Source: an uncultured Gemmatimonadaceae bacterium
Lineage (GTDB): Bacteria > Gemmatimonadota > Gemmatimonadetes > Gemmatimonadales > GWC2-71-9
Assembly (NCBI GenBank): GCA_964421625.1
Contig: CAYQXR010000002.1
Span: 2,698-66,697 of the forward strand
DNA: 64,000 nucleotides
Reading direction: 5' to 3'
Positions within the stretch are counted from its first letter, which is position 1, and each line of letters begins with the position of its first letter. Under the pieces are notes generated by a model. It searched no databases, was not told the DNA's origin, and saw nothing but the letters and a program-made list of their open reading frames with translations. Made by a program: the position numbers and the translations under genes. Positions 1-9,929 of the stretch are shown here, piece by piece.

Positions 1-1
1 C

Positions 2-781
2 CTGGCCCAGATCGCCGGACTGGAGCAGTTGGCCCGCGCCGTGACGCCCACCGCGATCGCCATCGCCGGGGATCTGACCCAGCGCGCCCGGCACGGCGAG
101 TTTCAGCGCGCCCTGGAGTTTGTGCAGACCATGCGCCGGGTGGCCCCCACGCTGGTGGTGCCCGGCAACCACGACGTGCAGTGGTGGGCGGCGCCCTTCG
201 ACGTGGTCGGCGCGGCACCCAAGTACGAGAAGTACCGCCGCTACTTCGGCGATGATTTCACGCCGACCCTGGTGCTCGACGGTGTGATTCTGTGCGGCGT
301 GCTCACCTCGTACGGCGTGGCGGCCGGTTCGATGACCTACAACCTGAACGACATGGCGGTGAAGGGGCATCTGCCGCCGCGCGAAACCGAGCGGGCCGGC
401 ACCCGCTTCCAGGCTGAATCCGCCGACCTGCTCCGGGTGATGGTGATGCACCAGAACCTGCTGCGCGGGCGGATCTCGCAGCGGATGGGACTGGCCTGGT
501 GGGAACGGGCCTGGCGGAATGTGATGGCGACGGGCGTCGATCTGGTGCTGTGCGGCCACGATCACGAAGAGGCCGTCGGGACCCTGCCCAACGGCGCAGT
601 GGTCGCGACCTCCTCCACCCACACGCACCGGACCCGCGGCGGACGGCCGTCAGCCTGCAATGTGATCGTCGCCGATGCCACCTCGATCACCGTGCAGCAT
701 CACACCTGGCATCCCGATGGCGCGTTCATCCCGGGGCCAGCCACCACGCTGCCCCGCCACCGGACGGGTGCCGGTGGCTGA
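2..781 (+). CDS. calcineurin-like metallophosphoesterase, 5'-truncated by window edge
   Basis: The frame is open to base 2; the track start at 29 is an internal TTG. The translation has motifs GDLTQ, VVPGNHD, VMHQN and LCGHDHEE. The N-terminal DxH motif is absent, which fits truncation at the edge. Confidence 0.75.
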   Translation: MAQIAGLEQLARAVTPTAIAIAGDLTQRARHGEFQRALEFVQTMRRVAPTLVVPGNHDVQWWAAPFDVVGAAPKYEKYRRYFGDDFTPTLVLDGVILCGVLTSYGVAAGSMTYNLNDMAVKGHLPPRETERAGTRFQAESADLLRVMVMHQNLLRGRISQRMGLAWWERAWRNVMATGVDLVLCGHDHEEAVGTLPNGAVVATSSTHTHRTRGGRPSACNVIVADATSITVQHHTWHPDGAFIPGPATTLPRHRTGAGG

Positions 782-1493
782 GAGCGAACAGCTCGGCCTG
801 GCGCTGGATGTCGCGCCCGAGGCCGGGCTGCCCGCCCGCCTGGTCCGGCTCGGGCTGCCGGCCGACATGCCAGTCACCCTGACCCGTAACCGCACGGTGC
901 TGCTGAGTCAGCACCCGCGCGCCGGACTCCGGCTGCACGCCGGGTATGCCTGGGCGCCCGACGAAGTGCTCCGCGCCATCGTCCGCTTTCTGGCGCCGCG
1001 CCGTCCGCGGGCAGAACGCCTGGCCGCTCGGCGGATTTTCCTGACCTTCCCAGTCGAACTTCATGTCGGGGCCACGCCCGCATCCCGGCGACCGGTGCTG
1101 GTGCGCGATGCCGATCGTCCGACTCTGGAGCGCCTGGTCCGGTTGCACGAGATTCTGAACATTCGGCATTTCGGTGGTGCGTTGCCGCCGATCCCGATTC
1201 ATGTGTCGCATCGCATGTCGACGCGACTGGGTGAGCTGCGCGCTGATCGCGCCGGGCGCGCCGTGGCGATCACGGTGTCCAGCCGTCATCTGCGTCGCGA
1301 CGGCTGGGCCGCCATGACGGACACGCTGCTGCACGAGATGGTGCACCAGTGGCAGTGCGAGAACGGCCTGCCACTGGACCACGGGCCGGTGTTCCGCCGC
1401 AAGGCGCGCGAGGTGGGCATCGTCCCCGCGGCAACGGTGCCGCATGGTGCCATGGGTCTGTCGATGAGTGGTCGCCGAATCGACTGCGGGTGA
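774..1493 (+). CDS. SprT-like zinc metallopeptidase domain protein
   Basis: Part of track ORF 675..1493. The C-terminal signature is TLLHEMVHQWQCENGLPLDHGPVFRRKA. The start is placed at in-frame GTG 774, which overlaps the upstream stop (GTGGCTGA). The exact start is uncertain. Confidence 0.7.
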   Translation: MAESEQLGLALDVAPEAGLPARLVRLGLPADMPVTLTRNRTVLLSQHPRAGLRLHAGYAWAPDEVLRAIVRFLAPRRPRAERLAARRIFLTFPVELHVGATPASRRPVLVRDADRPTLERLVRLHEILNIRHFGGALPPIPIHVSHRMSTRLGELRADRAGRAVAITVSSRHLRRDGWAAMTDTLLHEMVHQWQCENGLPLDHGPVFRRKAREVGIVPAATVPHGAMGLSMSGRRIDCG

Positions 1494-2044
1494 TGTCTTC
1501 GTCGGTGACCCGTCTGTCCCGCACGCAACTCGTCTTCCGGATCAGCGCCCTCTGGGGCGTGGCGTGGGCCGTTCTTGGCCTGGTCATCGCCATTGGTGTG
1601 ACGGTGGTGATCTCCCGACTGGGCAGCCTGGAGTTCATGCTGTTCGTGCTGTTTGCCGGTATGAGCGGGTTGTGTTCCGGACTGTGGTGGAGTCTCGTGG
1701 CGACCGATCCCCGCGTGTCCCTGCGGTCACCACGGCGGGCCGCCGCCGTGGGCAGCGTGGCGGGCGCCCTGGGCTGGCTCACCGTGCTGGTGCCGACGGG
1801 TTTCCAGGACGTGCCGCTGTACGGTGTTCTGATCGCAGTACCGGCCGGACTGATCGGGGCCGTGTCCGCAGTGATCTACCACCGGGTCGTGGTGCCGGTC
1901 GAGCTGGAGACCCCTGCTGGACCGGCAATCATTCCCGTCACCGCCCCACAATTCGCGCCCGCAGCGCTCCGGCCTGGGGATGCCCCGGGTCCAGCGCCAA
2001 CGCCTGATCCAGAAAGATCACCGCCCGCTCCGGCAGACGGCTGA
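1493..2044 (+). CDS. hypothetical 4-TM membrane protein
   Basis: Part of track ORF 1349..2044. ATG 1493 abuts the upstream stop (GTGATG). Four hydrophobic helices are present, e.g. ISALWGVAWAVLGLVIAIGVTVVI and LYGVLIAVPAGLIGAVSAVIY. No family recognised. The last ~100 nt overlap the convergent TPR gene. Confidence 0.5.
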   Translation: MSSSVTRLSRTQLVFRISALWGVAWAVLGLVIAIGVTVVISRLGSLEFMLFVLFAGMSGLCSGLWWSLVATDPRVSLRSPRRAAAVGSVAGALGWLTVLVPTGFQDVPLYGVLIAVPAGLIGAVSAVIYHRVVVPVELETPAGPAIIPVTAPQFAPAALRPGDAPGPAPTPDPERSPPAPADG

Positions 2045-4202
2045 TCAGCATGGCCTGCGCGAGAATGGTCAGCGCCTCCGGATCGTTCACCACCAGTGTG
2101 GCCGCGCGCAGCGCCTCGGCTTCGGCGTCCCTCGGTTGGCCGTTCCGGGCCAGCGCCAGGCTCAGCAGCGCCCGTCCGATGCCTGATCCCGGATCATGGC
2201 GGGCAGCCTCAACAAGCAGCGGGACCGCCTCGGCGATCTGGTCGTCTTCGAGCAGCATCTCGCCCAGATAGCGGGTCACGTCGGCGTCGTCCGGGGCCAT
2301 GGTGTGGGCCTGCCGGATGACGGCCACCGCCCGAGGCAGATCCCCCAGAATCCGATACAGCACTCCGAGTGAGGTGAGCGTCTCGACGCGCGATGGTCGG
2401 GTCGCCGCATGCTCCAATACCAGCAGGGCGGCGGTGGTGTCGTCGGCGCCGAACAGGGTCGTGCCGAGCGCGGTGAGCACGGTGTCCATGCCGTTCGTCA
2501 GGGGCAGGCGCTGCAGGTGGTACTGCGCCCCCTCGGCATCACGGTGGTCGATGGCGCTGAGCACCATCTGCAGACGGGCATCGGTGTGGGACGGATCGCG
2601 CAGCAGCGCGGCTTCGAACCAGGAGTCGGCCTGCGCGGGAAGCGGACCCTCTGCCACGAGTGTCCCGACATTGTACCAGGCGCGGGCATTGTCGGGGCGG
2701 ACCCGAGTTGCCTCACGCCAGAGCGCCTCCGGATGGGCATAGCGATTGGTCCGCCAGGCGGTCAGGCCAGTCAGCAGCAGGAGCAGCACCAGACCGGCGG
2801 CCGGAGGCACCGTGCGTCGGAGCCGCGCCAGCGCCTGCACTCCGGCCACCACCAGCAGGACGATGACCGCCGCCGAGGCCAGGTACATCCGGCGCTCGGC
2901 GCCGACCTCGGTCACGATCGGGACCACGCTCGACGAGGGGGCCAGCAGCACAAAGAACCAGCTCCCGGCCAGCGCGACGGCGCCCCAGCGCGGCAGGTGC
3001 CGCCAGGCCAGCAGCGTACTGATGCCAGCGGCAGTGAGCAGCAGGAGGCCCGGGACGCCCTGCCAATGGGGGATGGGCGTGCTGCCGTAGTCGACCGTCT
3101 GCCCGAGGGGGAACACCATCAGCCGCAGGTAGCGGGCGATGACCCAGCCCTGGGTGTGCAGGTACTCGTACCAGGGGATGCCCGCTGCGAAGCCGATCGA
3201 ACTGCCGCGTGGCGCACCGAGCAGGATGCCGACCAGAATGAGCAGCGTCGCGGCCAGGGCCAGGTGGAACCCGAGGCGGCTGCGGTGTTCCGGGGCCAGC
3301 AGGTCCCGCCAGCCGGTGAGGTGGACCACTCGGTCGTGCAGCAGCACCAGCAGCGGCGCGCCGACCATGATCTCCTTTGAGCCCATGCCGAGGGCGCAGG
3401 CGGCGATGCCGACCAGGTACCAGCGCGTGCGTGACGAGGATGTGGGGGCCGTCCAGGCGCGGATCGACGCGTACAGTGTTGCCAGCAGGAAGCAGGAGGC
3501 GAGCAGTTCGGTGCGCTGGATCACGTAGGCGACGGCGTCGACCTGGATGGGGTGGAGCAGCCACACGGTGGCGATGCAGGCGCCGGCCAGCGCTGCGCGT
3601 TCCTGCCACCAGGCGCCGAAGCGGCCCGTGGCGAGTGACCGCGCCAGGACGCCGGCCAGCAGCAGTCCGGTGGCCAGGTGCAGCAGGAGATTGACCAGGT
3701 GATACCCGATCACCTGCCCCGATGCAGCCGCGTCCTGTGGCACACCGAGCACGACGTTCAGGGCATGGTTCAGAGCCAGGGTGAGGTTCACGATTGGTCG
3801 CCCGGTCACGGCACTGCCGGGGGGCGGGGCCAGCGGGCCCGGCCAGGCGAACAAGGTTTTGATCGAGGGGTTGTCGACGATGGCCACGGCATCGTCGAAG
3901 ATGAACGGTCCCGTGAGCGAGGGGAGATAGGCCAGGCAGGTCAGCACCAGCCCGATCTGGAGGATGCGCCAGGCGGCCGGATGATCCCGCAGACGCGGCG
4001 CCGGGGCGACCGTCGGTGCCGACGGGCGGGGCTCAGGGGCAGGGGGTCGTGGGCGGCGCCGGGACAGAGGACACTCCGGAGGAAGAGCAGCGGGTCGATG
4101 GACGCGGGGAAATATGGCGACTCGGGCGCCCGGCGCAGCGATGCCGTTCGATGACCCGATTGTGGCGGGGGCGTGACATGGTGGGCCGATCGTTCCCCCC
4201 AT
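1938..4202 (-). CDS. multi-pass membrane protein with C-terminal TPR repeats (PMT_2/TMTC-like GT-C look)
   Basis: Track ORF 1938..4286. The N-terminal ~450 aa are polytopic (FIFDDAVAIVDNPSIK...). The C-terminal ~270 aa are TPR-like. ATG 4286 would overlap the divergent GT4 gene, so I set the start at ATG 4202; it may lie further downstream. Confidence 0.7.
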   Translation of the reverse strand: MGGTIGPPCHAPATIGSSNGIAAPGARVAIFPRVHRPAALPPECPLSRRRPRPPAPEPRPSAPTVAPAPRLRDHPAAWRILQIGLVLTCLAYLPSLTGPFIFDDAVAIVDNPSIKTLFAWPGPLAPPPGSAVTGRPIVNLTLALNHALNVVLGVPQDAAASGQVIGYHLVNLLLHLATGLLLAGVLARSLATGRFGAWWQERAALAGACIATVWLLHPIQVDAVAYVIQRTELLASCFLLATLYASIRAWTAPTSSSRTRWYLVGIAACALGMGSKEIMVGAPLLVLLHDRVVHLTGWRDLLAPEHRSRLGFHLALAATLLILVGILLGAPRGSSIGFAAGIPWYEYLHTQGWVIARYLRLMVFPLGQTVDYGSTPIPHWQGVPGLLLLTAAGISTLLAWRHLPRWGAVALAGSWFFVLLAPSSSVVPIVTEVGAERRMYLASAAVIVLLVVAGVQALARLRRTVPPAAGLVLLLLLTGLTAWRTNRYAHPEALWREATRVRPDNARAWYNVGTLVAEGPLPAQADSWFEAALLRDPSHTDARLQMVLSAIDHRDAEGAQYHLQRLPLTNGMDTVLTALGTTLFGADDTTAALLVLEHAATRPSRVETLTSLGVLYRILGDLPRAVAVIRQAHTMAPDDADVTRYLGEMLLEDDQIAEAVPLLVEAARHDPGSGIGRALLSLALARNGQPRDAEAEALRAATLVVNDPEALTILAQAMLISRLPERAVIFLDQALALDPGHPQAGALRARIVGR

Positions 4203-5352
4203 GCGGATCGCGATCTTCTCCGAAGTCTGGTGGCCGATGGTGAGCGGGGTCTCGCTGGTGCTGCAGCGCCTCGCCACGGCGCTCACCGCCCGAGGTCATG
4301 AGGTGCGTATCTATGCGCCCGCGTACGACCTTCCGGCGGGCGTTCCCGATCAGCCATCAGTTTTCCGCGTCCCCTCTCGGCGCTTCTTCCTCTATCGCGA
4401 TGTCCGATGGGGGTTTCCGGTGTGGCCCACCATCTCCGCCGACTTCGCACGCTTCCAGCCCGATGTGGTGCATGTGGCCACCGAGTTCGCCATGGGGATG
4501 ACCGGACTCCGCCTCGCGCGGGAGCACGGGGTTCCGGTGGTGGCGTCGGCGCACACCGACTACGAGCGGTATGCCTCGCGGTACGGCGTCGAATGGCTCA
4601 TGGGCGCGGGCTGGCGCTACCTGCGCTGGTTTTACGGGCAGGCGGAGCAGGTGCTCTGTCCGTCGGAGGAATACCGGCGGCATCTGGGGAAGCGCGGCGT
4701 GCCGCACACCGGGATCTGGACCCGCGGTCTCGATCGCCAGCTCTTCTCACCCGACCGTCGGCAGGAGAGCGTGCGGGCTGCGCTCGGCGTTGCCCCCGAG
4801 GAGCGGATGGTGCTGTACGTCGGTCGGCTTGCGGCGGAGAAGAATCTGCCGCTGCTGCTGGCGGCCTGGCGTGAGTTGCCGGATACCGTGCGCCAAGGGG
4901 CGCGGCTGGTGATCGTGGGGCAGGGGCCGCTGGAGGAGGCGCTCCGGGCCGACGCACCGGCCGACGTCACGCTTGCGGGAGTGCGAACCGGTGTGGCGCT
5001 GGCGGAGGTCTACGCGGCGGCGGACTGTTTCGTGTTTCCGTCGAGCACCGAGACCTTCGGCAATGTGCTGCTTGAGGCGATGGGGTCCGGGGTCGCCTCG
5101 CTGGCCGTGCGGGCCGGCGGTGTGCTCGACTTCGCCCGGCACGGCGAGAACGCCTGGCTGGTGGCGCCCGACTCAGTGCCTGCGCTGTGTGAGGGGATGA
5201 CCCGGTTGATTCAGGATGCTCCGCTGCGGCGGGCTCTGGCGGCGGGTGGGCTGGCCACGGCCGCCGCGCGGGACTGGGACCGGATTTTCGATGGCCTGGA
5301 GGCGGTGTACCAGCGGGTCGGGCACAGGCCATCGCTGCGCCTCAGTGCATAG
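4201..5352 (+). CDS. glycosyltransferase family 4 (GT-B)
   Basis: Track ORF. The N-terminus is MRIAIFSEVWWPMVSGVS. An EX7E-type motif is present: FVFPSSTETFGNVLLEAMGSGV. Confidence 0.85.
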   Translation: MRIAIFSEVWWPMVSGVSLVLQRLATALTARGHEVRIYAPAYDLPAGVPDQPSVFRVPSRRFFLYRDVRWGFPVWPTISADFARFQPDVVHVATEFAMGMTGLRLAREHGVPVVASAHTDYERYASRYGVEWLMGAGWRYLRWFYGQAEQVLCPSEEYRRHLGKRGVPHTGIWTRGLDRQLFSPDRRQESVRAALGVAPEERMVLYVGRLAAEKNLPLLLAAWRELPDTVRQGARLVIVGQGPLEEALRADAPADVTLAGVRTGVALAEVYAAADCFVFPSSTETFGNVLLEAMGSGVASLAVRAGGVLDFARHGENAWLVAPDSVPALCEGMTRLIQDAPLRRALAAGGLATAAARDWDRIFDGLEAVYQRVGHRPSLRLSA

Positions 5353-5391
5353 CGCGTCAGCCCGGGCCTGAGGAGACTCTCCTGGCCCGAC

Positions 5392-5877
5392 TCACGGCGT
5401 CCAGAGCAGGCGTGTTGCGACGAAGGCGTACTGCTCGCCCTCGCGCCGCAGGGTGGCCTGCCACCCTCGCTTGACAATCCAGGTCCCGCCTTCGAAGGCC
5501 GCATTCCGTTCGGTCGTGAACTCGATCGTGAGCATCGAGTCGGTGCGGGCGATGGAAGCAAGGGACAGGAGCATCCCGTCGTCTCGGACACCATTGCCGT
5601 TGGTGGCGGAGCGCACGCGGACGCTGTCCCCCACGGCGTTGCTGGCCTGCGGACCGATCTCGCCGGGCAGCGCCGAGAGCGATCCCGACGGCATGCCAGC
5701 GGCAGTCGCTGCGCGTGTGAAGGTGGCCAGGTCGAGAAACAGCGGTGTCGCGCCCGGCTTGGGGCGTTCGGCGGCTGCGACCTGTTCGACTGCGACCCGG
5801 AGCGCCGCACGGATCTGCGCGGTGTCCGGGGCGGGGGCAGCCGCGCCGATCTGGAGGGCGAGAGTCAGCATGAGCAT
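5392..5877 (-). CDS. hypothetical secreted protein
   Basis: Part of track ORF 5392..6045. ATG 5877 gives a signal-like N-terminus, MLMLTLALQIGAAAPAP. GGAG lies 7 nt upstream. No family recognised. Confidence 0.5.
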   Translation of the reverse strand: MLMLTLALQIGAAAPAPDTAQIRAALRVAVEQVAAAERPKPGATPLFLDLATFTRAATAAGMPSGSLSALPGEIGPQASNAVGDSVRVRSATNGNGVRDDGMLLSLASIARTDSMLTIEFTTERNAAFEGGTWIVKRGWQATLRREGEQYAFVATRLLWTP

Positions 5878-5975
5878 GGGACACTCCGCGAGGGGGATTC
5901 TGAAATGTACCCCCCCCGGGGCGGTGCCAGTGCCCCCGGGGACGGCCTGACCCCATTCGCAGGTAGTTTTCCCCC

Positions 5976-6449
5976 ATGCGCACCCTGCTGCTCTGCCTCC
6001 TCCTGCTGCCCGCCGTGGCGGTTGCTCAGCGCCCGGCCTCCCCACCGGCGGTCCCGGATTCCCTCCTGATCGGCACCTTCCAGGACGACTACGGCATCCG
6101 TTACCGGATCACGCCCACCGCCTGGGTGCAGTTGCCCGGGACCACCTACCGGGTGGAACTGTGGGTGCCGGGAGAGCGCTACCTGATCGCCCGGAACGAC
6201 AGCACCAACCGCCACGCGGCCGGGCTGTGGACCCGGATCGACTGGGTGCTGCTGACCGACATGGCGCCGTGGCAGTGGGCCTTCTGTCTGGCCGCTTGGG
6301 AGGCCCCGACGGCCGCGGCCGCCGAGAGCGTCCGCGTGGCCCGCCCGGACACGCCCCGCACCGGCTGCAACGGGTATCCCTACTCGCGGATGCGGCGGAT
6401 CAGTCCGGATTCGGTGGGGAAGGGGGATTCGGTGCGCACCCGGCCCTGA
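5976..6449 (+). CDS. hypothetical secreted protein
   Basis: Track ORF with a clear signal peptide, MRTLLLCLLLLPAVAVAQ. No family recognised. Confidence 0.55.
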   Translation: MRTLLLCLLLLPAVAVAQRPASPPAVPDSLLIGTFQDDYGIRYRITPTAWVQLPGTTYRVELWVPGERYLIARNDSTNRHAAGLWTRIDWVLLTDMAPWQWAFCLAAWEAPTAAAAESVRVARPDTPRTGCNGYPYSRMRRISPDSVGKGDSVRTRP

Positions 6450-6523
6450 CCCCACCCCATCCCGGAACCATGGGGCGCCCTGCTATCTTCGGGGCTTGGA
6501 CCTGAACCGGGAATGAGGGCAAC

Positions 6524-7714
6524 ATGGCGGGATCTGCTGAGTACACCGGCGTCGATTTCTACGAGGTCGACGGCCTCCTCTCCGAAGAAGAACGGGCAGT
6601 TCGCGATACCGTCCGGGCATGGGTGGACGACCACCTCATGCCGGTCATCGGGTCCTGCTACGTCGAGGGACGGTTCCCCAAGGAACTGATCCCTGGCATG
6701 GCCGAACTGGGCTTCTTCGGGGCGAACCTGCCGGAAGAGTACGGCTGCGCCGGGCTCAACAATGTCGCCTACGGTCTCATCATGCAGGAACTGGAGCGAG
6801 GCGACTCGGGGATCCGTTCCTTCGCGTCCGTCCAGGGCGCGCTGGTGATGTACCCGATCTTCGCGTTCGGGTCGGAGGAGCAGAAGCGCCACTGGCTGCC
6901 CCGTCTGGCGGCGGGCGAGGAGATCGGCTGCTTCGGCCTGACCGAGCCCGACTACGGCTCGAATCCCGCCGGTCTGATCACCACGGCCCGCGAGACGGCC
7001 GACGGCTGGGTGCTCAACGGCACCAAGATGTGGATCACCAACGGCTCGCAGGCCACCGTCTCCATCATCTGGGCCAAGACCGGTGATATCGACGACGCCA
7101 GCTCGATCCGCGGCTTCATTGTCCCGACCAACACGCCGGGCTTCACGGCCAAGGACCAGGAGGGGAAGCTCTCGCTGCGCGCCTCGGATACTTCGGAACT
7201 GCACCTGCAGGATGTGCACGTGCCCAAGGACGCCCTGCTGCCCAACTCGCAGGGGATCAAGTCGCCGCTGATGTGTCTGACGCAGGCGCGCTACGGGATC
7301 GCCTGGGGCGGTGTCGGCGCGGCGATGGCCTGCTTCGACGAGGCGCGCCGCTACGCCGGGGCGCGGGTGATGTTCAACCGGCCTATCGCCCAGACGCAGC
7401 TCCAGCAGGAGCGTCTGGCCGAGATGCTGACGGGCATCACGGCGGCACAGCTCATTGCGCTGCAGCTCGGGCGCCTGAAGGACCAGGGCAAGGCGACGCC
7501 CGCCCGTGTCTCGCTGGCCAAGCGGAACAACATCAACCTGGCCTGCGAGTGCGCCCGCGAGGCGCGCCGCCTGCTGGGGGCCAACGGGATCCTCATCGAA
7601 TACCACTCGATGCGCCACCTCGTGAACCTGGAGAGCGTCTACACCTACGAGGGGACGCACGACATGCACTCGCTGATTCTGGGCCAGGAGATCACCGGCC
7701 TGGCGGCCTACTGA
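6524..7714 (+). CDS. gcdH: glutaryl-CoA dehydrogenase (acyl-CoA dehydrogenase family)
   Basis: Track ORF. DFYEVDGLLSEEERAVRDTVR, GCFGLTEPDYGSNP and YTYEGTHDMHSLILGQEITG match glutaryl-CoA dehydrogenases as I remember them. Confidence 0.88.
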   Translation: MAGSAEYTGVDFYEVDGLLSEEERAVRDTVRAWVDDHLMPVIGSCYVEGRFPKELIPGMAELGFFGANLPEEYGCAGLNNVAYGLIMQELERGDSGIRSFASVQGALVMYPIFAFGSEEQKRHWLPRLAAGEEIGCFGLTEPDYGSNPAGLITTARETADGWVLNGTKMWITNGSQATVSIIWAKTGDIDDASSIRGFIVPTNTPGFTAKDQEGKLSLRASDTSELHLQDVHVPKDALLPNSQGIKSPLMCLTQARYGIAWGGVGAAMACFDEARRYAGARVMFNRPIAQTQLQQERLAEMLTGITAAQLIALQLGRLKDQGKATPARVSLAKRNNINLACECAREARRLLGANGILIEYHSMRHLVNLESVYTYEGTHDMHSLILGQEITGLAAY

Positions 7715-7725
7715 GAGACGAACAC

Positions 7726-8475
7726 ATGAAGATTGCCGTATTGCTGCGTCGCACCCCGGACACCACCGCCAAGATCGCCATCGCCGCGGGAGGGACCGCC
7801 ATCGAGGAGGCCGGGGTCAAGTTCGTGCCCAATCCCTACGATGAGTACGCCCTCGAGGCCGCCATCGCGCTGAAGGAAGCCGCCGGCGCGGGCGAGACCG
7901 TCGTCTATGCGCTCGGTGGCGACGCGGTGCAGGAGACGCTGCGGACCGCGCTCGCCATGGGCATCGACCGCGCCGTCCATCTGCAAGGGACCCCGTCCGT
8001 CGATGGACTCGCCAACGCGCGGGTGATCGCAGATGCGGTGCGCACCGAAGCGTTCGATCTGTTGCTGTTCGGCAAGCTGGCCGTCGACGACTACGGCCAG
8101 CAGACCGGGGCCATGGTCGCCGAGCTGCTGGAGCGGCCCTGCGCCACGGCCATCACCGCGCTGAGCCTTGCCGATGGCCGGTTCCGGGTGTCGCGTGAGG
8201 TCGAAGGCGGCGTCGAGGACGCCACCGGCGCGCTGCCGGCCGTCTTCACCTGCGACAAGGGACTCAACACGCCGCGTCTCCCCGGCCTCAAGGGGATCAT
8301 GGCCGCCAAAAAGAAGCCGCTCGACGTGGTGCCGGTGACCGTCGGTGCCGGAGCCGCGACGGTCCACGCGCTGGCGCTCCCGCCCGAGCGGGCGGCCGGA
8401 CGGGTGGTCGGTGAGGGGGCCGCTGCGGTGCCCGAGCTGATCCGGATTCTCACTGCTGACGCGAAGGTGCTCTGA
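7726..8475 (+). CDS. etfB: electron transfer flavoprotein beta subunit
   Basis: Part of track ORF 7273..8475. ATG 7726 lies 11 nt after the gcdH stop. MKIAVLLRRTPDTTAKI...NPYDEYALEAAIALKE is typical of ETF beta. Confidence 0.9.
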   Translation: MKIAVLLRRTPDTTAKIAIAAGGTAIEEAGVKFVPNPYDEYALEAAIALKEAAGAGETVVYALGGDAVQETLRTALAMGIDRAVHLQGTPSVDGLANARVIADAVRTEAFDLLLFGKLAVDDYGQQTGAMVAELLERPCATAITALSLADGRFRVSREVEGGVEDATGALPAVFTCDKGLNTPRLPGLKGIMAAKKKPLDVVPVTVGAGAATVHALALPPERAAGRVVGEGAAAVPELIRILTADAKVL

Positions 8476-9440
8476 TGACCGCCGTACTTGCCATTCTCGA
8501 ACAGCGTGGCGGGGTGCTGCGCAAAGGTGCCGCCGAACTGCTGGCAGCGGCTCGGCGGCTCGCCGATCAGGGCGGCGGTTCCGTCGACGCGCTGATCCTC
8601 GCAGCCGGCCCGGTCACCGGCGTCGACGCGCTCGGCGCGGCCGGTGCCGACCGGGTGCTGCTCGCCACCCACGCGGATTTCACCCACTACGCCCCCGAGG
8701 GGGCCGTTGCCGTGGTCGCCAGCCTGGCCGCGGGGTATCGGGCGATTCTGGTTGGCGCCAGCGCCACCGGCAAGGACCTCGCGCCGCGCCTGGCAGCGCG
8801 GATCGGGAGCCCCTGCGGGATGGACGTGACCGCGGTCGACCTGCACGGCGATGCGATCCGCGTGGTCCGGCCGATCTACGCCGGCAAGGTGCTCCAGACG
8901 CTCGACCTCGCCGGGACTCCCGTGGTCGCGGTGCGCCCCTCGGCGTATCCCGCCGTGGCAGCAGGCAAGGCGGGGGCGGTGAGCGAGGTCGCCGTGCCGG
9001 CGTTCACGCCCAGGCTGACTGTTGAACCGGTGCGCGCCGCAGCGTCCACTGCGCTCGACATCGCCGAGGCGCGGGTCATTGTCGCGGGCGGTCGGGGGCT
9101 GGGTGAGGCGCAGCACTTCGGTCTGCTGCAGGCGTTGGCCGATGCCTTCGGCGGCGATGCGGCGGTGGGCGCCTCGCGCGCCGTGGTGGATGCTGGCTGG
9201 ATCGGACACGGCACTCAGGTCGGTCAGACCGGCAAGACCGTGTCGCCGGAACTCTACTTCGCCATCGGCGTGTCGGGGGCCATCCAGCATCTGGCCGGCA
9301 TGCGGACGGCCAAGGTGATCGTGGCCATCAACCGCGACAAGGACGCCCCGATCTTCAAGGTCGCCGACTACGGGATTGTGGGGGATCTCTTCGAGGTCAT
9401 CCCGGCGCTGACGGCGGCGGTGCGGACGGCGAAGGGGTAG
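8475..9440 (+). CDS. etfA: electron transfer flavoprotein alpha subunit
   Basis: Track ORF. The ATG overlaps the etfB stop (TGATG). The ETF-alpha FAD signature [19 protein letters not shown] is present. Confidence 0.9.
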   Translation: MTAVLAILEQRGGVLRKGAAELLAAARRLADQGGGSVDALILAAGPVTGVDALGAAGADRVLLATHADFTHYAPEGAVAVVASLAAGYRAILVGASATGKDLAPRLAARIGSPCGMDVTAVDLHGDAIRVVRPIYAGKVLQTLDLAGTPVVAVRPSAYPAVAAGKAGAVSEVAVPAFTPRLTVEPVRAAASTALDIAEARVIVAGGRGLGEAQHFGLLQALADAFGGDAAVGASRAVVDAGWIGHGTQVGQTGKTVSPELYFAIGVSGAIQHLAGMRTAKVIVAINRDKDAPIFKVADYGIVGDLFEVIPALTAAVRTAKG

Positions 9441-9475
9441 GGCGGGCACCACCGCACCTGGAACTGCATAACGAC

Positions 9476-9505
9476 ACGGGCCGCACCCCACAGGGTGCGG
9501 CCCGT
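9476..9505. terminator. bidirectional intrinsic-terminator-like hairpin between etfA and paralog A
   Basis: A 13-bp perfect inverted repeat, ACGGGCCGCACCC / GGGTGCGGCCCGT, with a 4-nt loop. TTATT follows on the + strand. It lies between convergent genes. Coordinates are +/-1. Confidence 0.5.
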
Positions 9506-9518
9506 TATTGCAGGGAGG

Positions 9519-9929
9519 CTACTGCTGCTTCGGGATCACCGAGCCGATGAAGGTTCCGAGTAGCGTGAGAGCGGCTGCTTGGAGCCAAGGTGACTCCGCC
9601 AGGGTGATTCGCCCCGTGCCATCATTGATCTTGCTCATCCCATACCAGAACGCCAGCCAGCCGACCCCAAGTGCTCCCCCGGCGACTGCGCCCTCGATCC
9701 GATGATCGGGAAACCGGGCGCGCATGCGCATGGGCGGAGCGGCTGTTTCAGAGGCATACGTCGCCTGGATGCCAGCCGTGGTCGGGGCGGGGAACTGGCC
9801 CCTGGCTGCGGTCGGTGCGGCAACGAGCAGCAGGGCGAGGAGGAAGGCGCGGTGTGCCAGGGCAACTCCCACGGTAGTCCGCAGGGCCCGCAGCGGACTA
9901 AAATCCGAAGTATCCGAGTATGTGGCCAT
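9519..9929 (-). CDS. small secreted 2-TM protein, paralog A (glycine-zipper-like; unknown family)
   Basis: Part of track ORF 9519..10109. ATG 9929 was chosen because paralogs B and C start at the equivalent position. Features are the signal peptide FLLALLLVAAPTAARG|QFPAPTT, the RMRARFPDHRIEG box, GGALGVG, a second helix and the tail GSVIPKQQ. The start overlaps the upstream lipoprotein gene by 32 nt. Confidence 0.6.
   Translation of the reverse strand: MATYSDTSDFSPLRALRTTVGVALAHRAFLLALLLVAAPTAARGQFPAPTTAGIQATYASETAAPPMRMRARFPDHRIEGAVAGGALGVGWLAFWYGMSKINDGTGRITLAESPWLQAAALTLLGTFIGSVIPKQQ

Noticed and set aside
4203-4286. Upstream ATG 4286 as the start of the TPR membrane protein
   Set aside because: It would place 86 nt of this gene over the start of the divergent GT4 gene, whose MRIAIFSE N-terminus is canonical. 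The extension peptide (MSAVARRCSTSETPLTIGHQTSEKIAIR) is not hydrophobic or conserved-looking.
5924-5929. Sigma-54-like TGGCAC on the minus strand upstream of gene 5392..5877
   Set aside because: The required TTGC(A/T) element 5 nt downstream is absent; the sequence there is CGCCCCGGGG.
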